64,000 nucleotides of DNA from Chrysomallon squamiferum (Eukaryota > Animalia > Mollusca), in the NCBI GenBank assembly GCA_012295275.1, contig CM022670.1:24366001-24430000 (forward strand), given 5' to 3'. Below the pieces are notes generated by a model. It was not told the DNA's origin and searched no databases. It was given only the letters and a program-made list of their open reading frames with translations. Position 1 is the stretch's first letter. Every line of letters starts with the position of its first letter. The translations under genes and the position numbers were made by a program. Shown here one piece after another: positions 1-34,720 of this stretch.

Positions 1-6532
<6,532 letters not shown>

Positions 6533-6761
6533 GTTTCATTCACATTTTGGCAAATTTTGTCAGTTTTAATATGATCAAATTCTTTGAAGAAGAAAAAAAA
6601 TAATGTAGAATTTTACTGTACTGTTACCATTGGTTGTTTTGGCTTTGTTTTCATTTAGTTTTTATGCTTTACAAAAAGTCGGGTTTCTCTGCTTAGATAG
6701 GGGGGGCATTTTGAGTAAAGTGGCTTCCAAATTTTTAACATTTTTTTATTTTATTTTATTA

Positions 6762-6806
<45 letters not shown>

Positions 6807-7535
6807 TTACGGGTAATTTGTTTTCTACAAAATCATGCTTGCTTATGATTGAAGTTACCATCTAAGCAATATTAGTAAGAGTTTTTTGAATGCCAGTGCT
6901 CTTTCAGTATTTGGTTTATTTAATTTTCCAGGGTTAGTGTGGAGATTTAATTATATATAATTTCTACAATTTTATTTCTGCTAAAAACGTTTCATTACAG
7001 AGACCTCTTACTCTTAAACAAATAATGTTCAGGATTTTTTTTTTTTTAATTATTTACATACCATTTAATTGATGATCACAAATTCACTGCCAGAAGTGTA
7101 TTCTTTCGATTATTTCAATCTCTTGATAGAAAAAAAAAAAAAAAAAAAATTTTACAATTTAGGTTGTACACTGTTAAATTTATCTTAATTTTACTAGATT
7201 TTTATAAGTAATGCACAAATTTTGACATGTATAGACAAAACCCCTGACGTGACACATGAACAAGATATTTTGATGTTTGTTTCATGATACAGAGTATTTG
7301 TTTGTCATTTGCTAGGTAAGCTGTGAAAGATGTGGTTTATTTAGTGCTGTAGTTCTGTCTTGCATAAACCCAACCATTTAATTAGTATGCAAAATGTACA
7401 TATTTACTACTCAATGCTAAATACATATATTGTTTTGCAGTATAAGTGTTCAGAAATTTCAATTTTATTTCCCTGTCAGTTACGCATGTTTTTTCTGTGT
7501 GTATCTTTGTTCATCATTTTTATTGAGAATTCACA

Positions 7536-7541
7536 AATAAA
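7536..7541 (+). terminator. Candidate polyadenylation signal for OGT
   Basis: AATAAA about 1 kb after the OGT stop, followed by a GT/T-rich tract; other AATAAA hexamers occur further downstream. Confidence 0.4.
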
Positions 7542-10521
7542 AATTCTGTGATTGTTTTAGTATGTTTTTCTTTAAAACAAGTTTTCAGTTACTGTATTAA
7601 AATTGTCTTGTTAGGACGTTGTTAATACACATTTGAATTAATTTGAGGAAGGAATTAAATAACCCAAATCACATTCTATTACAAACCTGAAGGTTTGATC
7701 ATATGCAGTTATGATAATAAACTGATGTTAATATATACATGCTTTTTCTTGCTCCAGGTTTGTAACAAATGTAGTGCTCTCCGAGTGTACTGGCAAAATC
7801 CATTGTTTGTAAACTTTTGGGTAGGAGTATTTTTATTTTGTTTTTAAACTGCCTGTGTTTTTGATAAAATAAATAAAAATGTTTCTTTTTCAATCTATGT
7901 AATGAATGCTGTATTGCTTGCAAATTCATAGTTTATGAAAATTTACAGAACTTTTTTTTTTTTTTTTTTAAATATTTTGTTAAACTGGCAATGTTGCTGT
8001 ATTAGTCCACTCCTCTCCAGTGTTTGCGAATTAAAGAATATTGTCCAACTAAACTGCACTTAAACTGTTTCTACTGAATGAATAAATTCTAAAACTAGAC
8101 AAAACACCAAAACAAATCAGGTGAAACTAGTTGGTGTAATGAAATTTGCTTTAATCAGAGTTGTCTGGCGTTTGAATTTTGACATTCATAATAAAGTGAA
8201 AAATGTAATTTTAGAATGAAATTGCTTTTTTTCAACAGATTTCCATAAGTTGAAGATCTGAAAATGCTAACCTGCTTTTAGGCAATAATATCAAAATGTC
8301 CTTGATCATGCAAAGAAAAGTTGAATAAAATGAATAGATATTGAAGACAGTTCCGATTCTGCATTAAGTTAATTTTTATAATGGACAAATTGCTTTGGAA
8401 AAAATTCTTCCAGATCATTTATTAGGATTCTAGCAAAAGTGATTTTGAAGTTAATGCAATATCATTGTTTACCTAGGTCCAGAAAACTGGAAAATGGTCT
8501 TATCTGTTCTGGACTAAGACAATGAAAACACTTGGACACAAATACATGGCAAACTTTAATATTTCTACAAATAAAGTATTACATACCAGGAAAAAGTATT
8601 GTCCATACGATATGTATATGGTTTTCAATAAATAATTTGAAAGATGCATGTTATAAAATGGGCTGGTGGATAGCAAAAGTAGGACTGATGAATTGCATCT
8701 TATATTTACATTTTCTTAAATACGACTTCAATAAAATGTACATTCTATATTTAACTTTCAAAATTGATTGCACCTTTTTGATAATGTTTATACATCACAA
8801 CAGTTGTGCCCAGGAATGAAGGTCCCATAAATATTTCACCTGCAATATGCATTTTATTAAATACAGTACTAGTGAATTTTTCTTAAATATTTGTAAATAG
8901 ATGCTGTAATTTAGAAAGGAGTTTTCAGATCAGTGTAGTTATCTTTCAAGCATTATGACTGGTGAGCTATTTTACATTTTGTTTCAATTCAGATGTACAT
9001 TCACTGTGCCATAACAAATACAAATGTACAGTGATTGATTTTGTTGTTTTTCACGATGTAAATTTTCAGATCATAACTGAAAAACAAAAAAGCAAGACTA
9101 ATAATAAAAAAAACGTTTATAAACATTTGAGAAAAGAACAGAAAAAAATCTATTAACGGTTGTACACTGTAGTTGTCATTAAAATAGAACCATTTTATTC
9201 TTGACATTAACCACTAGTTTAAATTCTGTTACAGAAACTTTCTGATTTATCTGTAGTTTTTAAATTTAAAAAAAAAATGGTTGTGTGCAAGGCAAAACTT
9301 ATTTTTATTTATTACTACACAAATTTAACTACAAGGCATATTATTTTCCTAGAGGTGAAAAAAAATGTACAGGCATTTGTTGTGGAGACAATTTTCCACT
9401 GCACATTTGCTGTATGTATACATATGCGTGTAATAGAATGCAGCCGAGTATTTGACAGGTGCTTTCTAACTTTTGCACATTAAAGCTTATCTATTTTTGC
9501 ACAAAGAATGTTAAAAATATCCTCTTTAAAATATTTCAAGAATTTTTTTGGAATTAATCATTTAAATATATAATAAAATACACTAATATGCCTCAAAAAT
9601 GGATAACAACATTCACAGACTTTTGATAAACATTTAATAATCTTATGACAAAAGTTGAAAATATTTACCACATTAATTATTTAAACTTACTTCTTACCAT
9701 TTTATGTAGTTGAACACATTAAGAGAAATTTGTTACTGTTGTAATCAATGTGCAACAAAAAATATATAAACACTTGAACTACTTTGGAATAACTAGTAAG
9801 AAAAAGATTGAACATTGCAAGCTAATTATTTTTTTGATATCTTGTAACTAATATTTATAACATTCATTGTAATGCCCTTTAAACTGTAGATGAACTATGT
9901 AATTCATACTGTGCCAATAAAGACTAACAAGCACTTGTTTATTCTCAGTACACATTTATTAATCTACCATTAAAAATGTTAAAAATGATTCATTTGTGAC
10001 TGCAATCGAGACAATTGGAATAATGGTCAACCAGTGAACAGTGGAAAAACGTAGCACTTATTCTGGATACAGTTAATACAAAAACTTAACAAGAGACCAA
10101 AAATGAACTTAGCCTTTTCTTTTCATTACAAAATATTCATCCATAAAACATCTCATTTCCAGGATGAGTGTAAAAACAGTAATTCAGTAATCCAGTTTAG
10201 CTAACATGCTACACAAATATAACAATACTTTACAGTCCCTGTAACAATTTTTATGTCATGACACAAGATGAAATTAAAACAGTTATAACAAATGTTTTGT
10301 TTATTCTTTGACTTGAGATGACATAGTACTGCACCTATACAATTAGCAAACAAGCATTATATTGTACATTATTTATATTAGTGACCATTTAACAAATGAG
10401 TGAGTTTTTTTGTTTGTTGTTTTTTTTAAACATTTTTTTCAGATAATTCAGCCATATAACAAGTAAACAGATGCAATTACAACAAAGCAGTTTTGTTCAG
10501 TTATTTAACATCCTCTCTTCA

Positions 10522-26454
<15,933 letters not shown>

Positions 26455-26540
26455 TTATTATACTCTAAAATACTAAGCCAGTAGTACTGACACCCATACA
26501 ATACAGGACCTCTTAAATCCGCATCAGAACACACTTAACA

Positions 26541-26584
26541 AGAAGATTCCAGAAACACGTGAATCATAGCGAACTATCGAGAAT
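26541..26584. promoter_or_regulatory. Heat-shock elements upstream of the HSP110 gene
   Basis: Perfect three-unit HSE aGAAg-aTTCc-aGAAa (26541-26555), then GAA at 10-bp spacing (26561, 26571, 26581) and an E-box CACGTG (26556-26561); about 120 bp upstream of the ATG of a heat-shock gene. Confidence 0.75.
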
Positions 26585-26953
26585 ACCGATGTTGATTTGC
26601 TGTACTATTATCTGTAAAACAAGCTGTGGTAAAACTCTTTTCTTGAACAGTTATTGCGTTAAGCAGAATGCTTTGAGAAACTTTAATAAGATTTTATAAA
26701 CTGTTCCATTTTATTTTTATGTGTGTTGAGATGTTTCTAAACAAAATATTACTCCTTAACCATCCAGTTATCTTGTAGATGTATGGATTTTAGGAAATAG
26801 AGGGTGTCACTATTTTAATAATAATAATAATAATAAAATAATAATAATAATAATAAAAAGTCGGCTAAAAATTGTAATTATTTTAAGAAATATAACTGCA
26901 GTTTGTTTTGTATGTTTTTTTTAAAGATGTTGTTCATATTAATATTAAAAATA

Positions 26954-27229
26954 CAGGTACCGGAGGCAATCCGGATTTCTGGTACCAAGGCATCTAAATA
27001 GGTAAATAATCAGGCATAAACATTATAAAATTAAGAATATAAAGAAATTTGACGATACACAAATGTGGCGACTCGACACGTAATCAATGCGGCGAGTGAA
27101 TGAACGCCACGAGGCTTGAAAGAGTAGTTCCGGTCTGGTGAGGACAATACCCGCCCGCGTGAACTATGAAAATAGCGTCGCGAAAATTTTTCCGGATTTC
27201 AGGACGCCGGATAATTGATCCGGTACCTG
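26954..27229. mobile_element. MITE of about 276 bp, Tc1/mariner-pogo type
   Basis: Perfect 11-bp TIR CAGGTACCGGA/TCCGGTACCTG with TA on both sides; subterminal TCCGGATTTC motifs; GC/CpG-rich relative to the flanks. Confidence 0.8.
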
Positions 27230-28000
27230 TAATAAACATAATAATTAACAATCAGTTTAACCGCAGATAGTTTAACATAATCAAAAGGAAACCAATTTTA
27301 TGGTCATAAGTATATTCTGGCCTGATACAGACATGCCTGTATAATTATTCTTAATGATATAATATGTTACCTTATTGCACTGTGAAGTATTTTTATCTGC
27401 ATGATGTAGTAGTTGACAAATGCCGTCTCTTTGAAAAACAGGCAATTAATAACATCTTTCAGCTTTGGATACATGCCAGCTAAAAACAGCACTCATTCAT
27501 CAACAATATTAAGTATCCTAAACAAAATATGCGTTGCTTGAAATTTACTGAACCTTTTCTTGAAAATACACTGAAATGAATATTATGAAGAACAATTAAA
27601 TTTAACATCTGAAAAAAAATGACACAATATAATATACAAAATGAAAATGTTCTATTTTAAAATGTGTTTATATTAATGATAATAGATATGTACTAAAGGG
27701 TATTATCGGGCTAGCTGATCTTTACAAGAAGCCTGAAATGCTAACGTTGGTTCTAATGAAACATAATTATTTAATATGCTTCTACTGCTTGTATGTCGAT
27801 AGAATACTAAATGAAAATGTGCTGAACATATTGTTAAACAGATTTTTCGCGTTAGCAGCATTTTGCAAACTTTTAAATTACCTTAACAGAAGGCAAAGCA
27901 TCTTGCATTCTTACATTATCTAATATAATAGGCAATGTGTGCAAATGTTGTCTATTATTTCGTGAAAGTGGATACCTCCTTATCGAACACGAAGAATGAA

Positions 28001-28270
28001 CTGGGGCGGATCTAGAAGTGGGGTCCGAGGAATCCGGAATCCCCCTCAAATTTGAGAAGTGCTCCTTTTATTTGTGATTTTTAGCTTTTTTTACAAATTT
28101 ATTTAAAAAAAAAAAAATGTGTCGATGTAAAGAACAACACTGTAGAATACGCCGGCCAGCGTCCCACTTGTAGCTCAATTATATTATAGTCCATATGATC
28201 CGTGTGTAATTTTTCAATAGTGCTTTTTCATAATGTTATGGCGCCCTTTTTGTCACGAACCCCCCACCCC
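28001..28270. mobile_element. Probable truncated non-autonomous DNA transposon with a GGGGCGGATCTAG-type end
   Basis: Starts CTGGGGCGGATCTAG..GGGGTCC..CCCCC and has internal GCGCCCTTTTT motifs typical of invertebrate MITEs; the matching right terminus was not found. Confidence 0.35.
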
Positions 28271-31079
28271 ATTCAGTAAAGAGATGAACGTGTATTTTCA
28301 GGGACATAATATATCTGCAGCTAATATACCGCAAAGTAGTTTCCTGAGTCTAGACACTTTTAAAAATTAACTTGAGACAGGTAATTTTGACATCACCGCC
28401 GTGTCACTGCATAAAATTTATTCAGACTTTTCGGCTGGTAGTCCACGATTTGTGGGTAACTACTGTAGTTATGGCGGCTCCAGCGAGATGGTCATCTCTA
28501 ATTAGCTATCTTAGGTCTTCAGGACCCGGCTCCTGCTGGGAATCGGCGGTTGTGGCAAAGAGAAATAAACCACGAAAAAATACAAACATAACATTAATTA
28601 ATGACAAGAACATAATGGAATTTAAATTAGATTATTTCTTGTTTTAATCTTATTAAATGTTTAATTGATTTCACCGCACAAATAGATATATGGATTAAAA
28701 AAACAAGAATAATTAAGAGCCAGATGAATTAGTATTTTATGTAATTTATATTACAAAAGATGAATACACACACAAACATATACGAATCTGAATTTTCATG
28801 TAGGTCTATATGAAAAAAAAAGAAAAAAAAATACACATTCACAAATATATTATTAAAATATTTTCATTTTATAGTTAAATTAACTGTATATATGAACTAT
28901 AATTAATGATAAATGGCATTTGAATTTTCTATTCTTTAACTCACATCTTATAATTATTTTTAATTTGTTGGTGGGGTTATACACCTGTTTATTATTCTCC
29001 TCTTCGTTTAGCTTTCTAATAGACACTATGAAATGATAACGAAGCAGTCAGTCAAAAAGGCATACTCATAAGAAGACAAAATAAAATAAAACAATGCGAA
29101 ATCAAAATCTAAAAATGTCTCTTTGCTAATTAGCATATTCATACCAATCAGCTTAATACTTTGAATCGGCAGCTATGATCAAAACTAAGAAAAAAAAAGA
29201 CTAAATAATTAAAGAAAAGAACACGAAGAGATTTAAATGATTTTCTCTCTAGTTTCAGAATTTTGTTTTAGACTTAATCGTATTAAATCTGTCTGATTTT
29301 GCCGCCGAATTGTGATTTATCAGTGTTCGTCTTGTTATCAGTATGATGTCTTTGAAATAATTAGCTGCAAACAAATTAAATAATAACTATTTATTGTGTT
29401 GATTCTTAATGAAAGTAAATAACAAGATATTTATATAGATTTCTTGAAGTTTAAATCAGTTATTTATCGAACTCTCGGCGTATTAAGGAGTGTGGCAAGA
29501 TGGGGAGCTGGGTGCTAACAGATTTATATAACGTATGTGAATGTAGAATGGAAATTAGCGAAACAGCAGAGGAACAAACACTATCAGTGAGTATATTATA
29601 CACTATCCATAGAATATATATTACATAAAAATTCAAGTCAAATTATAAATTTTAATAACAAAACATAAATAAATACGAGTCATTTTATTTAGAGATATTT
29701 TTCATGTGTTCCTTGCATTTATAATAAGGTACTGAGAACATGCTTAAGCATAAGATGTACCTGGGAGTAATGTGCGATTCGTAACACGATTATATCCAGA
29801 ATCATACACCCCCAAAAAAAAAAAAACAAAGAAAAACACCAGAAATGTTTTTTACAAAAAAACCCAAATATTAATAATAATAATAATAATAAAAAAATCT
29901 AAATATAGAACAATCACCATTGCTCTCAAATTCATTCAGATCCACCAATCCAATCTGCTGTAATGCTATTATTTATTTTAATATCGTCAGGAATCATTTA
30001 AAGGTAATAATTTGTCTGTCTGTATGTAGCTATGGATGTTTTTAGGTATGTTTATATACATAGGTATGCATTATATATATGTGAGTAGTTTTAGGTCATG
30101 GCATGTGTACGCATGCAGAATTAAGTATTTAGATCATGTGATCTCATGCGTCTATGTTATATCCAATTACATTTCTCAACACATGACACGCTTCTTAAGC
30201 GGAACAGGGGTTAGTAACAAGGCATGATTTTAAACAAAAGTTATTTCATTATGATAATAAAGTCCAAATGTTGAAAAGTAATTAACTTACACCCTTCAAG
30301 GCATCCGCGAATGGCCAAAATATATTTAGCACAGTTTCAAATTAACGTTTTATTCTTCGAGATCTATCTAAAAATAAATTATAAATACATGTATTACAAT
30401 TTCTTGTAATCGTGACACAAGATATCGAAGCGACACATACAAAGGAAAAATAACATCCCTGATCATCCTAGGAAGCTTCTTATTTTGTTATCATATTTTA
30501 TTGTTACCATAGATAGTTTAACAATATCAATAACAATAACACAGTTACATGGAAAATGATATTTATTTGTTAACGACACAGAGTCAAACGTTAAGATTTT
30601 ATTCAAATACAAAAATATTAAAACTTGTTTGTATTTACTATTAAAGATTGAACAAATAAGTGTCATGTTTCTAAGGTGTTCAAATCAAAGCTAGAAAACA
30701 CTTTGACAATGTTGAAGTTATATACAACTTTAAAAACGATTACAAAGTAAGTGAATAAAAAGGTATTTTATAAAATAAATAATTTAGTATTCATTACACA
30801 AATTTATTTTTATGTTGTAAAATTACTTGTTTATTTTTCAAAATAAAAAGGTAAAAAAATTAAACAGAACTAAACCTTTAGGATGTAGTATATACAGGTA
30901 TTGCAGTCCCGAAGAAAATAAAATGCTAGAAGAAGTTTATAAAACATGTGTATTTTTAATAGTTTATTACTTCCAGAACATTATTTTTAATTATAAAATA
31001 TTTTTATACAACTATATAGATTATCATATTGTGAAACATTTATTTAAAAATAAATAATAATTTTCCTCGAGATGAATGT

Positions 31080-31136
31080 CCAATACGTTTCAGAGGCGCG
31101 ATTTTAAAACGGAATTTGTTGTGTATGAACATTGGC
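31080..31136 (+). promoter_or_regulatory. Cell-cycle promoter motifs (CCAAT boxes plus CDE/CHR-like element) upstream of PLK4
   Basis: CCAAT at 31080-31084, GGCGCG at 31095-31100 followed by TTTAAA at 31103-31108, inverted CCAAT (ATTGG) at 31132-31136; about 100 bp upstream of the ATG. Confidence 0.45.
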
Positions 31137-31201
31137 CAGAATTATTGTTTATCACACGCACTGGATTTACGAACATGATGGTTACCTGAAATAATTGAAC
31201 G

Positions 31202-31654
31202 ATGGTTAAAACGAACACAAGTGAACCGAAAATTTCAGGAATGGGAGAAGTGATCGAGGTAATTTTGTTACGAAGTTTGTACATTTCAATTTGAAATAAT
31301 ATCCAAGGGAGGTAACTCACAATAAACATGTCTGATCCTGTCAAATCTTACTGTGGTAGAGAAACACACGATGAAACGAGCTGGTATTTTGGTAGTCAGA
31401 AAAGTGAAAAATATATTATATATTGTTATAAAAAATTAAATTTAAAAAGAATATTATTATGGATTTTTAACTTTATATCATTTTTGGAAAACTATTATTC
31501 CAAACCAATTTCATAGTGTATTAATATTATGTATAGAATAATAGAGAATGATACATCTGAACAATGCTGACAGACATCATAAAATGGAGGTAGTACATAC
31601 ATTTATTTATTTGATATAAAAACGTATTTATCAGATATAAATATATGCTCCATA

Positions 31655-31727
<73 letters not shown>

Positions 31728-34681
31728 CATCATTTTCTATTTAATGATCCATGCAAAAATTATAATAATACAATACTGCTGTGTACTGATGGTCTAGCTA
31801 CAACAGTTAAATTTGTAACCTTGATAATTAATGTTGCAGATTTACATTATATTTTTTAAACAGTCGTGTCATATGTAATTTTTATTAGCATGCACATTTA
31901 TAAACAGATAATACATTTTTCTTCATTTTCTGTAGAGTCAGGTTAGTTATGTTAATATTAAATTTAATAATGTGTTGTTAGCATCCATCAGCTGTCTTAG
32001 AAATCTGCTGTTATTAGTGTTATAAAGGTTGTAAAATACTAGTCTGGAATCGTAAATATATCTTATAACAAAAAAAAAAAAAAAAAAAAAAAAAAAGAAA
32101 CCCTAAAACCCAAACAAAACAAACTTTTATCTAACTTTTATTAACCCCAACAACAAACAACCAAAATGTCGTGGTGTTTATAAATATTTTTATTAATATA
32201 TCTGAGTATATTATTTGGAAGTCTAATAGAAATGAACATAATGTAAGGATGAATTAGAAACATTGTATATGTGTGTATGTACATACATATACATACATAC
32301 TTTTAAAGTAATCAAAATGAATGAATATAATACATCTAATCTGGTATCAGATAATAGTGATTGTTTGAAAATTCATTATAATACAAAATTAAAAACAGCT
32401 GTAGATTAGCATAGATACTTTTTTAAGATTAATATTGTTATCATTTGTGAAAGCCAAATATATTTGTTAAACTAATTATTTAGAAGTAATGTTTTGACCA
32501 TTGAAAATATAATAATCCTGATATAAAAATAAGAATTTAACTTTAATATTGGGTATGAAACTATCCTTGAGAAAATTATCCTGTAAAAAGTGTATATATG
32601 TAAGAAAATGTGAAAATGATATTTCAGTTTGTAAGAAATTTTATCCCTTATATACACAAAATAGATTTAAAAAAAAAAATATTATTAAAATGTCAAATTA
32701 CATTTACTAGTCATATATAAACTATTATCTTAAAACAAACTTCATCAAACTTACTTTCAGTTTAGAAATAAACATCAAGAAATGGTCCCATACACAGCAT
32801 GCACATGCAGAAAAGACTTGCTAGCAACACACTGATACAAAAACATCTTGCTTTATCTGTTTACAGTACCAATGTAATTTTAATTACCTCAACAATGTAC
32901 AAATAATTATATCTCTATCTATTCTAAATGAACATAATCTTCAAAGCCAATCATTGTAAGCTTTTGTTTTTTAGAGCAAATCATTAAAGGTGTATCCTTA
33001 ATTCATCTTGATCTGTGATTTTGTTTCCATTTCATTACATGTTGTGGAGGAACCCAGGATTCTAATTAGTAGCTTTTTGTTGATGCTTATTTCCCTGATT
33101 GTTCTTTCCTGATCACTTCTTTTGACAGTAGTGTTTGGTTACCAGGCAGGCATGGTTGAGTGTTGTGGATATTTCTGTCAGATCCAGCTAATTCATTAGT
33201 AGCTTATTTTAAATTGTTTACCCAACAACGAAAAAAGACATCCATATATATAGCATACTTAGAAAGATAACATTATTCAGTTGTCTGTTTGTATGATAAT
33301 GTTGGATCAGTGGATATGTTGTGCTGAGTGTGAATTATCTGTACCCTGTACAATGCAAGGCTTGGAGGTAAGGCATTACATACATTATGATGCTATTTGC
33401 AATTGTTCTTTGTGTAATATGAAGTACAATATTTAAAAAAAAAAAAAAAAAAATACACAGAATGTTTACATGTGTGTGTGTGTGTGTTTTTTTTGTTTTT
33501 TTTTTTTTTTTTTTTATTTGGTGAGAATAGTATATACTGATTTTTATTTTAATCATTTCAAACATTAATAATTTTTTCTTTGTGCTTTGTTTCAGGATTA
33601 TCAAGTTTTAAATTTACTTGGAAAGGGAGGATTTGCCTGTGTTTATAGAGCCAGGTCAAATAAAACTGGACAAGAAGTTGCTATAAAATGGTAATTTATT
33701 ATTTATATATTAGTTTTCAGATTTTTTGTTGTGATGCATATATTGTAAATTCATTAATGAAATATTGTTAGTCATGAAAGTTAACCACAGCCTTGCATTT
33801 TAATATTTAAAATTGGAAAAAAAAAAAGATTTCATATTAATAATATCATTTATATCTAATAACAGTCGGTAGTCTGATTTCATTTTTAATATTATACCAA
33901 ATGTGTATGTTTATTAAATTAGCTAATTATTTGCACCTGCATTAAAGTACAAAATGAAAAAAAAAAAAAAATTTATGATGTTTATATTTTTCTTTCTCTT
34001 TTAGATTGATAAAAAGTTAATGAAAGCTGCGAACATGGTGGCAAGAGTAAGGAAAGAAGTTGAAATACATTCTAGACTGAAGCATCCTGCTGTTTTGGAG
34101 GTGAGATATTTTTATATGATTTTGGTGTAAATTGATATATATTGTTTTTATAAAATTATTTTCTGATGTTACATAACAGACATTTTTTTAAATGATTCAA
34201 TTAAAATAAAAGTTTTTCTAAAGAGCTTTTAAAAGTATGCTATTTTATTTTTAATTTTTAATTTTTAATTATCTGATTTAAACTGTTTTGTCTCCATCTG
34301 TAATTAAAACTATAATTTTATTTCATCCTTTATGTTTTATAATTTATTTATCCAAAGAAGATAATAAAAAGCTTAATCTGAAATAAAACAAATGCGGTAT
34401 AATTATAAAAACATAATGGAATATTTATTTTCCACTTTGAAATGTTTGTCTGTAAATATTAAAATCTTTATTTTTCAGCTGTATAATTATTTTGAAGATT
34501 CAAATTATGTATATTTGGTTCTGGAGATGTGCCACAATGGGGAACTTCACAGATATCTAAAAACCAACTGTAAAGTTTTATCTGAAGATGAAGGTACTTA
34601 TGTTCTTTTATTTGAATTAATGAAAAAAAAATATCAGTTATTTAAGAAAATAAAACTGAAACATAAAAATTTTGGATAGTA

Positions 34682-34720
<39 letters not shown>

